A stretch of DNA of 64,000 nucleotides, from positions 7,440,001-7,504,000 of the forward strand of contig CM074518.1 in the NCBI GenBank assembly GCA_037379345.1. The letters run 5' to 3'. A program made the position numbers and the translations under genes. How positions within the stretch are numbered: the stretch's first letter is position 1; the number at the start of each line of letters is the position of its first letter. Below are positions 30,001 to 45,000 of this stretch, one piece after another. Below the pieces are notes generated by a model. The model was not told the origin of the DNA and searched no databases. It saw only the letters and a program-made list of their open reading frames with translations. Source of the stretch: Perna viridis. Its lineage: Eukaryota.

Positions 30001-33000
30001 AGTCTGAACAATGGAGGTCAATGCAGGTCTTAAATGGGTCATTCCAAACTGGGACCTATTTTTTATTATGTTTTCCAGTTAATTGTAGTTTTATTCTTCA
30101 ATTTCAAGGTCAATGCAGGTCTTTACAGAATCATGGAAAGTTATGTTTTCCAGTTTTAAATATCTCTTTTCTTACATCAAAAAAGATTCCTTTTTAAAAT
30201 CAAATTTCTTTTAAATCAATTAGAGTTCAAATGTCAAATTTTAGAATCTTCCATGTTCATATCCAAAACATTTGGTACTTCTTGTCCTAATAAGGCTTGC
30301 TGTAGACAATATAAAGAAAGATATGGAAAGACATTGATTAACATGAGTTAGAGATTTCTTAAGTTGTACCCATCACAATATTCTGTTGACACCAAAGCCA
30401 AAGAGCAATTACATCACTACAAATCAAAATACTACCCTGGAACATCAATCAACAGAAACCAATGATCAATGTGCTGAGATAGCATCTACCTAGTTTTATC
30501 TAGGATGAATGATGATGAACATGAAAAGTGATTAGTGCTGGGAAAAAATAGCTTGTAGGACAAAACTTATTTCTGTTACAGAAGTATGAGAAGCATCTTC
30601 AGTCTATGTACAGTATGCTTATCTACTTACAACAACTTGTCTTCTGTTTATAGAGCTGATGTACAACTGAACATATTGTTTATAGAAACACCATGCACAT
30701 GTTCAATAAATCAATCTTTACCATAAGTATATCCAATTTAAATTTTCTTCCAATTTGAAAAGAATATATTCCAGAGAACTGCTTCAGTAAACACCTGGTA
30801 AAGCTGAAGAGTATATATGGAGAATTTCTTCTTCACAGAATGTCCACCCACACAATTTGGCACTCAATAAGGGTAAACACTGGTGAAATACAACTATTGC
30901 AATAAGACAATGCTATTAAATCTACTTATTGACTGATTGATTGATTGATTGATTGATAGTTTGAATGATTGATAGATAGATGACCTTGATCATTACTTGT
31001 ATTTCAGATAAAAGTTTATCATTATCTGGAAGCTTTGAAAGAGCTGACCTCCTAAAATAGGTAAATCAAAAACAATCAATTTTTTTATTATCATATCTTA
31101 ATTGCAAAATTGAAAACCTCTGTACTCAGCAGAAATTCACAAAATTAGAAACTGTTCAGTCTTTTATGAGTTCAAAAACCACTTCAAACAGTCAAATATG
31201 CTTGTTTGCTAATCAAAAACAACACTGCGATAAATATAGTCAGTCACAATTTTTGACACCACTCAATAAATATATATATATAACTACCATACAAATAAAA
31301 CATGGTCAAGTACACCTTTCTGCAACCACAACAATACAGGTAAAATACAGTTAATCACAGCACTTTGCTAATTCTAAATTTAGGGGAGAATTGGTCAAGA
31401 GCAGCATTAGGGATCTTCACAGTATGGGCTAATTACTATCAAGCACATCAGTTTTACTACAAAATAGGTTAAATTCAGCAATGTACAGCTCTTTGCCACT
31501 TTATAGTACAATTCTGTCAAGTACATCTATGCTACTCCCCAATTAAGGTAAAATAGGAACAAAATTATTACATCTAACAGATTTTACAATGACATTTTCT
31601 TACACTTACTGCATTCAATGCTTTTTTGTCATTCTAGTTAACTTCCAATCACTTGCTGATGGAGAAAATAACTATTAACTAATATATTTCCTCTCGTCAG
31701 GCAAACAAATGTTTACTGTAACATTTACTCTTGTCAGGCAAAACAAATGTTAACTAATACATTTCCTCTCATCAGCCAAAACAAATATTATCTAATACAT
31801 TTCCTCTTGTCAGGCAAAACAAATATTTACTGATAATTTCCTCTTGTCAGGCAAAACAAATGTTAACTGACACATTTACTTTTGTCAAGCAAAACAAATG
31901 TTATCTGTAACATTTACTTTTGACAGGCAAAACAAATGTTGTCTGATACATTTGCTCTCGTCAGGCAAAACAAATGTTATCTGATACATTTCCTCCTGTA
32001 AGGCAAAACAAATGTTAACTACTACATTTCCTCTTGTCAGGCAAAACAAATATTTACTGATAATTTCCTCATCAGGCAAAACAAATGTTAACTGATGCAT
32101 TTACTTTTTTCAGGCAAAACAAATATTATCTGTAACATTTACTCTTGTCAAACAAAACAAATATTAACTGATGATTTCCTCTCGTCAGGCAAAACAAGTA
32201 TTTACTGATAATTTCCTATTGTCAGGCAAAATAAATGTTAACTGATACATTTCCTCTCGTCAGGCAAAACAAATATTTACTGATAATTTCCTCTTGTCAA
32301 GCAAAACAAATATTTACTGATAATTTCCACTTGTCAGGCAAAACAAATGTTAACCGATATATTACTGTAACATTTACTTTGGTCAAGCAAAACGAATTTA
32401 CTATTGACATTTGCCCTTCTTATTTTAAATATTTCAAGGCTTTATTACAGATTATTAACCCTTTTCTAGTCTAATTTACTTAAGCTCTTAATCTTCAATT
32501 TGTTTTTAAGACCTTGTTTCTAAAAATGGCCCTACTTTTAAACATATTCAGACATCACTCAAACCTGAGTTTGATACTGATAGTAAAACCAGTTTCAGTC
32601 AGGGACCAAAACATGATACTTTTTATGATTACATTTAAATAATTAAGTCCATCCATCTTTCTGGGGTAAACTACTGGAGCTTATCAAAGTCAGAAACATT
32701 TATTTTTGATGTAGTATTTATACAATGATGATGAACAACTGTAATAAATACATTATCTGTTTTATGAATAAGATCCCAGAAGAATTGCTATCTAAATTAC
32801 TTTTTTTTCTGCTTTTAGATGCTGGGCTAATAGGCTGCATTATAGAATGAATTTCCCATTATAACAGGCATTTTCTATTTAAATTTAAAATCCTATAAGT
32901 CTGATAGGGAGCAATCAATGATGCCTGATCAATGCATACCTAGTGGTAAAATTATTTTGTTCATGTGAGATGTAATACAATTGAAGATTTATTATTCACA

Positions 33001-36000
33001 GGATACAATCTTTTGTCCTTTTCCTGGTTCAATAAACCACAAATTAAAAACTAGATGTCACATGTTGGTGAAAACAGTATCAGACTGTAAAAGATGGAGA
33101 TGGAACTATATACATGTACAACACTGCATGGGTCAAGGACTACATCAATCCCAGAAAACCAGGAACAAGAATAACTATGTAGATGTCAGTATGATATATA
33201 TCTGGTTATCAATTATCTACCTATTGACATGGTCATTATGACAGGTAATTATCACAGGTTATTTAATTAATCAATAATTAATAATATCCTGATTATCGGA
33301 CAGATTATCTAAACATCTACAGGGCAACATGTTAGCGAGGTGTGACAAAAAAATCAATGCATCAGAACAAAATTCAAAACCTGAACTATAACTTGCCATG
33401 GTAAAGTGATGTACCAAACATCAAATGAATATCTGCATAGAGTGAAAAAATGACTTATTAACAACAATACAAAACAGTACATGTTTCAGTACTTTATGAC
33501 ATACACATGAGGCAAATTCTTCCAACAATGGTCTGTCAACTTTATACCACTTAGCATGAGATAAGCTCTTCCAAAAATGGTCTCTCTCCTTCACATACAT
33601 GTACTTAACATTTGATAAATTCTCCAGACAAGGCCCCTTTTCATATACCATTTTGCAAGACAAACTGCTGTCTACTTGAACACCACCTTACATGCACAGA
33701 CTCACTTTAAGTCAATATAGCTATTTTCACTAAAAATATGAAATAATAAGATAACGATTGATATGAAAATGTATGTATATTTACCATGTAAATACATAGT
33801 AATCCACTTACAAACTTATACCTCTAAACTTTTTACATTTTTAAATCTTTAAAATCAACACAATGTTAGTTTTCTATTAACACGTTTATTTATCTGATGT
33901 TATTTTGTAGTTAATTCTTCAGCTTTGTAGAGAATGTGGTTTAATTGAAAAGCACATTAGTTCTTCAGCTTTGTAGAGAGTGTGGTTTAATTGAAAAGCA
34001 CATTAGTTCTTTAGCTTGGTAGAGAGTGTGGTTTAATTGAAGTTCTTCAGCTTTGTAGGAAGTGTGGTTTAATCGAAGTCCTTTAGCTTGGTAGAGAGTG
34101 TGATTTAATTGAAGTTCTTCAGCTTTGTAGGGAGTGTGGTTTAATCGAAGTCCTTTAGCTTGGTAGAGAGTGTGGTTTAATTGAAGTTCTTCAGCTTAGT
34201 AGAGAGTGTGGTTTAATTGAAGTTCTTCAGCTTTGTAGGAGAGTGGTTTAATTGAAAAGCACATTATTGAGTAGCACTAGCAATTTTAGGGTTAAAACTA
34301 ATATGTTGTACACGTAGATTAAACTTACGGGAAAGTAAGGTTATAACTCAAAAATAATGTGTCGCATATAGTTGACCTAGTTCATAGGAAGAAACGAAAA
34401 GAGTCTTCTTCACGGTACTCGCTGAAACTGCACAGATTTCAATTTAATCCTATGAAGTTTTTTCAAGTTTCTGCACTGACAAAAAATTACATAACACTAA
34501 ACAACAGATGTTTGGTGAACAGGAAGTTTTTTTTCCCGTGATGTTGATGGCATTACCACATAAAGTACAACACTTCACACTTAAGATGCACACAAATATC
34601 AAATTATTCCAATGGAAGATACAAAATTTTAGTTGACAAACTAATTTTGGTACAGAATATGCTTTACCAAAACTTAAAAGCCAAATGTCTGAAGCTTGAG
34701 GCATCAATATACCTAAAAATGCCTAATGCTAAACACCTAAAGATGGAGGCATAATAAAACTTGTGAAATCTTTTAAGGTTTGGACATGATTATGGCTGCA
34801 GCCGTAATGAAAAAAAGTTTAAGAAATAGCTGATCCAAGTAGTCTTATCAGTTTTGGGTGACATGAAGACAAAATTAAGAAGAGATTTTATTCACCTTTA
34901 TGACTATGCTCTATAGTTCAGACTACAGTGTAATTCAATTATGAATAAATAAGAGGTCTGTCTCAATGCACAAATTTTTCTTTCATGCTAATTTTGTTTA
35001 ACATATTAAGCCTACGTAAATCATTTTTCTTTACCATGTTATTTTACTATCATCAGTTCCAATCTATCATAAACACCCTTTATTATTTACAAATTGGAAT
35101 TTCAATTTAGTAGTTATACAAGTTGATGATTACCAAAATAAAATTCAATTCCAGAATCCATTAAGACATTTTTCCATTTATATTTTGAGCAGCATATAAC
35201 AATATACAAAGATTACTAATCCCTGGTATGAATAGGAGAAAAATCCTACTACCATCTTTAATTTGCAGTCTTGCTATGTCCTGTATCATGCTAAAGAATC
35301 TATACAAGTTTAGTAAAAGTGATGTAGGCAAAGTTAACTCCCCTCATCTCATTTCACTGTGACAGCCTAAAACCTTCACTATTTGTACCATTATTAAAGT
35401 AATCCAAGACAAAAGCTTAAATTATTCACTGTTTGCAAAAGTAAGATAAACAGAATAAACAAACCTACCTGTATCAATGAATACTTAGTTGTTCTTACCC
35501 TTCCTTCATAGAGTGTACAACTAAAACAATAAAGATAACAGACCAAAACAAGTTAAACAGTTACTAAACAGAAGATATTTAGCCAGCTAAAACAAACCTG
35601 GTCAAAATAACACTCAGCTGTATCCTGACTATGACAGGAAGGAACAATTTAATGTTTTTTATTTTCCTTAATTGTTTCATTTTATATGATTTCTATGAAA
35701 ATCTCTTGTATCATCAATAAATTGTTTTTTTTTTTTTTATTACAAGGCAAATAAAATCTGTGCTTACGAATTTCAGAAACTTTCTACTTTCCATGGGAAA
35801 GTTATTCAACCTGACAAATACAACATTCCTAAGGCCAGATCTAACTTGTCACTGGTAATTAATAAGGTAGTTCTACAATCCTATAAAAAAAAATTAACTA
35901 GAAAATTGTGAGCAATGCTCACTAACATGATACCCCCACTTCCCCATTTGATAACATGCACCTTTTTCACTACAGAAGTTTTATACCCCTGCTTGCAAAA

Positions 36001-39000
36001 TGGGGGTATAATGATAAGGGTGCCTGTCTGTCCATCCTTCAGTCCTTCCTACCTTCCTTCCATTTCACTGGGGAGAGACATCCTTTTTCTGATTCTCCTC
36101 CAATACCATTGAATGGAATTGAATGAAACGTTTATCTTTATAACATGTTCCCATTGTGAACCTGTAATTTCTTGTTTTTTGTTTGTTGGGGTTTAACGTC
36201 CGAGATACCTGTAATTTCAGATTTTGAACAAAATCAATATGGAGATCAAAGAGTAATCAAGGGGACCAAGGTTATAGCGGTAATCAAAAGAATGTATTCC
36301 AGGGACAAAGACCAGACATGGAAAACAGACATACACAACAAAGAACATAAAGTAACTAAAATCATACATACAAAGTAACAAAAGTAAATGAGCAACTCGG
36401 ACTCCACTAAAAACTGGGAGCATGGACCAGGTGCACCGGTAGGGTAAGCTTCCTCTGCTTTTCTAGAAACACCCGCCGAGTTGCTCATAAAAAGTCAAGT
36501 CTGGGGTAGACAAACGAGGAAAGGAAAACTATGACCCATTGAATAAATCAGTTTTCAAGGAGCTGATGGATATACCCTAACAATCCTTGAGTTCATGATG
36601 ACGACCATAAAACTTCTAAAAGAAACCCTTTGTCATTGATAACAGTTATTATACACCTTACTTTAGATTTGTAACAATAAATTTAATTATTACAGTTAAA
36701 GTTAGAAGATTTTATGCAAAATAAATTTAATCCCCATTCAAACTTATAACAACAGCTAGAGTCCTTCAATTCATGACTTTGTAAAACTTCCAAAAAACCC
36801 TTTACACTAAGGAATATAACTAGCCAGCTTACTGGAAGTTATACAGCTTCCGTTACACTTTAATAGGTTATTTATATCTACTGTTTCATCTGAATCCTTT
36901 TAACTAGATTCTCTTCACTAACAATAGCAGATTTTAATTGTGCATGTTAAAAGATTTACTGCTCACAGGAAACCTTTGAAGTATATGTATTTGTTCATCA
37001 CTCTAACTTCATAACATTAAAACATATCATAGTACTTAATCCTATTTACCTGTCTGAGGTAAGAAAATACAGGTATGGTACAATAATATAAACCCACCGT
37101 TAGTCCATGTGGTGAACCACATAGTATGAATCAAAACATGATGAATATACGTCCACAAACTGGACCTTTAACCACTAGCTTAAATCCTCAAATTGAATAG
37201 TAGACACAGGCTAATTTCAATTCATTGGCATTTCACTATGGGCAGTTATGGATTTACGGTAATTTCACTCTAGGACTTTCTTCCGCCAAAACTTCACGAT
37301 AAGAATATGAATCTGCTATCAACAAGTTACACACACTCATTTAATCTCGACAATCTTCAGCACTAGTGATCAAATTTTGGTTACCATATTCAATTGTTCC
37401 AATTATTTATCCTTTTATTTATCTTAATTCTAAAAAGACTATAAAAAGTTTCAATATACTCAGACTTCCATCATTACCCTTTTACAACATGATCTGGATT
37501 TCATGCATACTATAAGAAAACGGTGTAACTAGGATTGGCTATTTTAAAATATTCAACATAAACATTTAGGTCATTTTATGCATGTTTCATGTTTAACAAA
37601 AATAAATTACAAAATTTTAGGAACAGTATCACTGTAATGCAAAGTGCAAATTCTAATTTGCATCAAACAGGCTGTTTGCATGTATTATGCAAATTATAGT
37701 TTTGAAAAATATAACACATTTCATGATATAACACAAGTCTCTACATTGGACCAATTCAAAAACCACAACTGTTCACAAAAATTCAATGCACAGTCCTTTA
37801 GCAATATAGTCAGAAGATTATAGGCTTCAATTTGTTCAAGGCATTCAACCATAAGACAAAGAATGGTTACACAAATACAAAAGATTCATTTCAATTAGTT
37901 CTATAGAGCTTCTACTGAAAAATAAAAACTTCCTACCATTAGGAACAGTCAAAACATTAAGATGAATTTTGCCAATTATTTAAATGTACCTAATCTGCAC
38001 TTAAATTGTCGCTTTAACAAACTCAAGGCAATAAACAGACAATCAAGCAAGAATTACACTACCATTAAAATCCAACTACCTTTAAAGTCAACTAATAATG
38101 TAAATATTACTACTGACAAAGTGACAAAAAAATTTAATCCATCAAAATTAATAATCAGCTAGAATAATATTAAAATCAATCTATTATGGAGAGTGGCTTG
38201 AAGTGGGGTATTGTATTACTGTGTTATTGCCATCCACAGAGGAATACTAAAACCAATTATTTTCATTTACTTGCAGCTTTGTAGACTTATTTTTACTCAC
38301 TTCATTAAATTAGTTCAATTGGCTCTTTCCAATGCATACTAATGAATGTTAAGGTAGAGTTTCCTGTCCATATCAAGTTAAGAACTAACACTCTAAACAT
38401 GTATGAAATATAAGGAAGTTACTAGTACTACACAACGTTTTTTTTAATATCATGTTTCCAAAAACAATCTTTCCACAAAAATACATGTACAATCAACAAA
38501 TACATGTAAGTCTCAGTGCCACAAACTTCCTTATACAGAATAATATAAAAAGTGTGCTGTATTTCAGAACAAGAATATCTCATCAATTGAACAAATCCTG
38601 CTTTGAATTAGTCTCCAAAAGACTGAGCAGGATTTCTAGTGAAGCAACAAGCATGTAAGTAGAGGTGTGACCCTACTTAGTGAAATTATTCTGACCCGTA
38701 ACCAACCAGTCATCATGTTATCTCCTGTCTTATGCTTTTAGCATTTATGGTTTCCTCTACACACATGCTTACACATCTTCTCTGGACCCTTAGAGGCCTT
38801 TCGACATCCCTCCCCACCTCAGTCTTTCACTTGCCACTTACTCAGCCCTCTGCCATGTGTCCAATCCATTTACATTTCTTTCTTTCTCTACCACTCCTCT
38901 CCAAGAATTTCTGGGTTTTCCAGTCTTACTCTCAGGCTTCTTCCCCTGAGATGTCTGCCATGTCATTACTACCTTGATGATACTACAAATTCTCTACAAA

Positions 39001-42000
39001 GCATCTCAATCTCCACACTCTGATTGTAGTGGGTGGTGGAGGGGTCTTAGTGAAGTTATACAGGCATTTTCAATGGCCAATGAACATGTTGAATTTAAGA
39101 ATCCTGCATAAGCAATTGGGATGGAATACATCAAGTTACTTTTCATCCTTCTTGGTTGCTCTCCATAGTTCTGCAATATGACATAAATGCAACCAAAAAA
39201 TTTCCAATTTATATAATGAAGAAGAATGAGTCGAGTTGAGTTGCCAATGAGTCGAGCTGTCCCAGAATTGCCAATGAGTCGAGTTGTCCCAGAATTGCCA
39301 ATGAGTCGAGTTGTCCCACTCCAATCAATTAAGAAATGACAATTCTCTTCATACATTAAATCACATTACTGACAAGTTTTCTTTCTACAGCACCCTGTTT
39401 ACACTTGACATCTGTACATAACAATGAAGGAACATTGTCAATGAACTGACAAGAGACATACTAAAACTACCATTACTTTTTAGACTGGAGACAGATATTT
39501 TTTTTTCAAACAAATTGCCAGTCTCAATTTTTGCTTCAAGAATGTGCATTGAAAATACATTTCTTTAGATCTGAGTGTCTTTTTCAGGGTGACAGATACA
39601 TGTACTTAGTGCTGAAGTGGGTATAATCTAAAGCAGTGAGTTAGAATATCATGTTGAAGTGGAGGAACTAAGGTTATCATTAGTAGTACAGGAACATCAG
39701 TGGTGGTTTGGGATTCCATAAAATGAACCCATGTAGTTCATTTTTTTTTTTTAAATTACTAGAAAGTGCATTATGTGATAAAAAGGCCCAACTTTCCAAT
39801 CAACTCCATTTATATGTCTCATTTTCAGTCACCAAACAATCTTACTGACAGACAGAAGGACAAAACATGACAAAGATCACCTAAAAGACAACTTCTATAA
39901 ATGACAAGGTTTACCGCATGAGACTACTTTCTAACTGCTTACATTGAATCTGTCAGTCATGTCATGATTCTCCTACACTTACTGACAGATAGACAGATCA
40001 TGTTAGACATAGCTCCTCTTAATAGCTCTTATAGCAGCCTCAAAACTACACAAATCCAGCTAATTTGACACATAATAACTCAGGAATGTCAATATTTCAC
40101 CACATAGAATTCTCTAGCAATTAACTGAAAGACAGGAGTACTGGTAGTGTCAATGACATAACTTAATGTAGTTGTAATTATAGTAGTGCCAATTGCAGAA
40201 TTTTTGCTACATGTATCTATAAATTCTGTACTTATAGGACAAACTATGAAATAAAATAAATATCAAATTAATCATATAGAATACTTGTATGGAATTATAA
40301 AAAGCATGGTATAAACAGAATTACAGCAGTTTTGAAATAGAGAAAGAAAAAATATCAGTGAGCCTGATAGGAAGATTAGTAATGTTCTGTCAAGATGTTC
40401 AAAACTTGCTTTATTCTGTTTATCAGGAACATCATGGTCGATCTGACAAAGTGTTGTCATCAAATTGCAGATATTTTTTTTATATCACAACAGTTGCCCG
40501 AGATATCAGGCAGTAAGAACAATTGAAAAAGATAAAAGTTGCATCAAAGCAATAGTATGATGTAAAGTTATATTTCATAGAAGATACAGCTAAATACCAC
40601 CAAACTAAAGGGAAAAACTTTCAAGTATCATTTACTGAAATGTAGTTTGCTGAGGATGTCCCCACTTTGATCGTAAAGACTGATGGTACACAGTAATTAA
40701 CTCCAGAACTTAACATTTAAAAGGAATGTTTTATAAGCTAAAAGGGTTAAACATGCTTTTATCTCGCAGATCAACAAAGGAAATGATCATTTTATTGATA
40801 ATATATAGCATTACAGAAAAAGTTACTGTTACCAAAATAAATCATCATAATAAGAAACTTTAGATTTGCATGGTACCTTCTCAGAATTATAGTTTGGTGT
40901 AAAGTTTCAAATGTTCATATTCTACATACATCTGCAACAAGGTCCATCATAATGATAACCAAAAAATCCAAACTGCTACACAAGACCAATTGAAATTAAT
41001 AAGTTCATATCCTGTTGACAAAAAAAAAATACAAAAGGTGATATTTTTATCATATCACAAGAGGAGAATAATGAAAAACAGGGTCAGATTAGATGTGCAC
41101 AATGATTGTTTGGTGTTTAACATCTGCTGCTTAATATGGCTTATTTTGGAACAATCTAATTAGAATTAGACCTATCAATTGTTGCATGCAGTTACTGAAT
41201 AGAATAAATGTTAGGTCTAATTTTAATTTAAATTAATTTTGGAACAACTGAACAAGAATTGTGGTGAAAGTTCCATAAGACCATATCTTAGTGAACATTG
41301 AATGAGAGACCATATCTTAGTGAACGTTGGATGAGAATCTTACCATCAAGACCATATCTTAGTGAACGTTGGATGAGAATCTTACCATCAAGACCATATC
41401 TTAGTGAACGTTGGATGAGAATCCATCAAGACCATATCTTAGTGAACGTTGGATGAGAGACCATATCTTAGTGAATGATGGATGAGAATATTCCCATCAA
41501 GACCATGTTTTAGTGAATGATGGATGAGGATATTTCCATCAAGACCATATCTTAGTGAACGTTGGATGAGAATCTTTCCATCAAGACCATATCTTAGTGA
41601 ACGTTGGATGAGAGACCATATCTTAGTGAATGATGGATGAGAATATTCCCATCAAGACCATGTTTTAGTGAATGATGGATGAGGATATTCCCATCAAGAC
41701 CATGTTTTAGTGAACGTTGGATGAGAATCTTTCCATCAAGACCATATCTTAGTGAACGTTGGATGAGAGACCATATCTTAGTGAATGATGGATGAGAATA
41801 CTCCCATCAAGACCATGTTTTAGTGAATGATGGATGAGGATATTTCCATCAAGACCATATCTTAGTGAACGTTGGATGAGAGACCATATCTTAGTGAATG
41901 ATGGATGAGAATATTCCCATCAAGACCATGTTTTAGTGAACGTTGGATGCGAATCTTTCCATCAAGACCATATCTTAGTGAACGTTGGATGAGAGACCAT

Positions 42001-45000
42001 ATCTTAGTGAATGATGGATGAGAATATTCCCATCAAGACCATGTTTTAGTGAATGATGGATGAGGATATTTCCATCAAGACCATACCTTAGTGAACGTTG
42101 GATGAGAATCTTTCCATCAAGACCATATCTTAGTGAACGTTGGATGAGAGACCATATCTTAGTGAACGTTAGATGAGAATGTTTCCATCAAGGCCATGTC
42201 ATAGTGAACAATGGATGAGAATATTTCCATCAAGACCTTGTCATAGTGAACGATGGATGAGAATATTTCCATCAAGACCACATCTCAGTGAACGTTGGAT
42301 GAAAGTCTACTGGGCATCAACCCAAGGCATATATGCATCATGGATGAACAGTTGAACTTTTGGACAGACAAAAAAAACATTATCATATACCCGCACATTA
42401 CATTGGAAGGGAATCTGAATTCCAGTCCTCATACCTCAATTTACATATACTGTTCTAAATTAAAGCAATAAGAGTTCCAAGTTCACAAGATATTCTGTGT
42501 ACTGCACATACATGTATATGCTTTAAAAGAAGTGGTTTTATCTTAGGATGAAATGCATTACACTAGGCTATGAATATTTCGGACACAAAGATTAAATGTT
42601 AATCCACTTCTTACAGAAATTGTACTCAGGTATAGTGCACAAAAATACTTGTTAAGTGAATTAAAAATGATTTAGCTCCTTCTTTTAACACACACACAGT
42701 GGGTTGAAGATAGCCATGCACCTTTATGCTTCAAAGAAAGTGCTCTAAATGGCATTAACAGGTGCTCAATCATTGATTAAATGGCAATCAAAATTAAATG
42801 AAGGGTATCCTATAACTTATTACACTTACCAAAACAGATGTATTACAATCCCAAGACAGAATTTTACACAAAATGTACAAATTACACTCAGGTGTTTGTA
42901 AGAAGTTTTAAGTCAACTTTTTAAATTGGAAGCGATTTAAATAGTACTAAAATAGTATTTCCAAGTAAGAAACAAATTAAATTCAATTCATCAATGTTCC
43001 TGACATAATCCAATAAAATTTCCCCTCCAATTCACATTTGATGACAGAAGCTAAAAATCTATGAAAATTATGAAACAATTTTCCTCTATTACAAACAGAT
43101 TGGGAGATCAATATTTATATCTTAATACATCCAGGTGATTTCCATAAATACACAGGTGAGATAAATCTGAATGTACAACCCAGTTGTAAAGTTTCAACTA
43201 ACTCCCTGCTCTCTTGTGGTAACATTCAATATCAGCTATTACAACCTTCTTTAAAACAGAAATTACATCACATTTATGAATGGATTTCATAGGCTATTAG
43301 TAGTAGAAATACTGTTACACATTTATTTCATGTCTTGGTGATGCCAGGCATTAAGATTCAAGTGGTGCGATAAATCCATACATGCTTTCACCACCATATT
43401 TTCTCCATCACATTTTTTTTCTAGGCTACCATTTTTGCACTGGCCAAGTCCAACTATCAAAGAATAAAATTAACTAGATTCAATGCACTCTATTTCTCAA
43501 ATATTCCCTTTCAAATAAAGCTGGATGCCGAAGATGAGATATTGACTTTTCCTTCTGTAATAAGCTTAATCACCGAGTCTTTTGATCTCCGCAGGTGTTA
43601 TAAAAATTTCACAGGTAACAGACAAGTAATACTACCAGTCTTCCTAGAGGTCACACTGTCACCTCTCATGTCAAAGATAAAAGACTGAAAAAAATCTTCA
43701 CAACCAACAAGTTATCTGCAGATTTATCTATCACCCTTTTACTGTATCACCAACTATCATCCTTCAGCCATATAGTATCACTTATAATCAAATCCATAAA
43801 GTTTTCCTCTTTATAATTTTATCACTCTTTTTATCTCTGAATTTTTTGCCCTCAAATTTAACTGCAGGTACTTAATTATTATATATAATATTCCTAACGT
43901 CGAAAGTGTGTTCTGCAGTACTTAGTAAACACTTGATAATGATTCACAAATGCCATTTAATTATCTTCCTAGTTCTATGTCTTGAGGTAAAACTGCATTA
44001 CTACAGGATGGGTGAACACTGTAAAACCACAAAGGTTTGCTAAAATATCTGAATAGAAAACTCATAGACTAACTTTGAAACTTCCATTGAGTAACACATG
44101 AAAAACACAAGTTCTTTGGAAATAAAATACTATCAATATCAAAAGGTCACATGCCAAAGGTCAAAACTAAGGTTATTGAGATTAGCTTTGCTAAGAGTTA
44201 CTGATGAAAGCTTCACAACTTTAATGAAGTAAATCAATGTAAAAATCGGACTAATTAAGATTATTTTATCAGTAATTTGATAACAAGTGTGACTTTAAAG
44301 TCCATTATCTAATTTCTTATCAATTTAATACTAGCTCTGAAATCTCACACAATTAAAAGGGACATGCATTATCACTGTGGGGAGAACCTGTTTTACCATG
44401 GTTTTTACTTTCCCATAGGCAAATTTTGTTTTCATTCATAATACAAAGATCAAACATCTGATTTACACCAGATTGTTCAGCTTTAAAAAAAAAATAGGAA
44501 ATTCTCAGGCTTTTAATTCAAATTTTGAAGAAATTAATAATTCTCTTGATCAATTAATAGTCAATAAAACTATGTTCAATTTCACTGTTGATTCAAACTA
44601 GCACAATTTGGCATTTTTTAACACAAACTGAAATTCGTTTTAAAACATAACGAAGTAGAATATGGTCTACTTAAGAAGAATATTAGAACTAAAGGCTGCC
44701 TTTCTATAAAATAGGTACCAATTCAAACATTATATATAAATAGATTAAAAGTGAAAACAAAATATTTTGCTTAAACTGTCAAAACTAAAGAAAAACATGA
44801 CTTACGATTCTATCTTACACTGTAACTTGTCAGATCAATGGTCCATTATAACACTACAACCTTGGCCTTGTGTAGGTAATTTGTCTTTTTAAACACCCCC
44901 ATTCACAAACCAAAAAGTTAACATAAGAAATAATCATTTTTAAATAGAAAGACCACAAGTCCTTATTAGCTCCAGGGGATGTATATTTCTGGGTCAAAGG

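Noticed and set aside
31049-31051. Possible 3-nt microexon (ttttag|GAG|gtcagc)
   Set aside because: Would interrupt the FAGLL motif; readily arises by chance.
31009-31060. Plus-strand exon-like segment suggesting a nested antisense gene
   Set aside because: No partner exons or recognisable protein found.
39006-39356. 116-aa ORF with NSGTTRLIG repeats
   Set aside because: Driven by a 27-bp tandem repeat next to LINE debris.
41272-42303. CRISPR-like appearance of this and the other tandem arrays
   Set aside because: No unique spacers, no cas genes, eukaryotic intron context.
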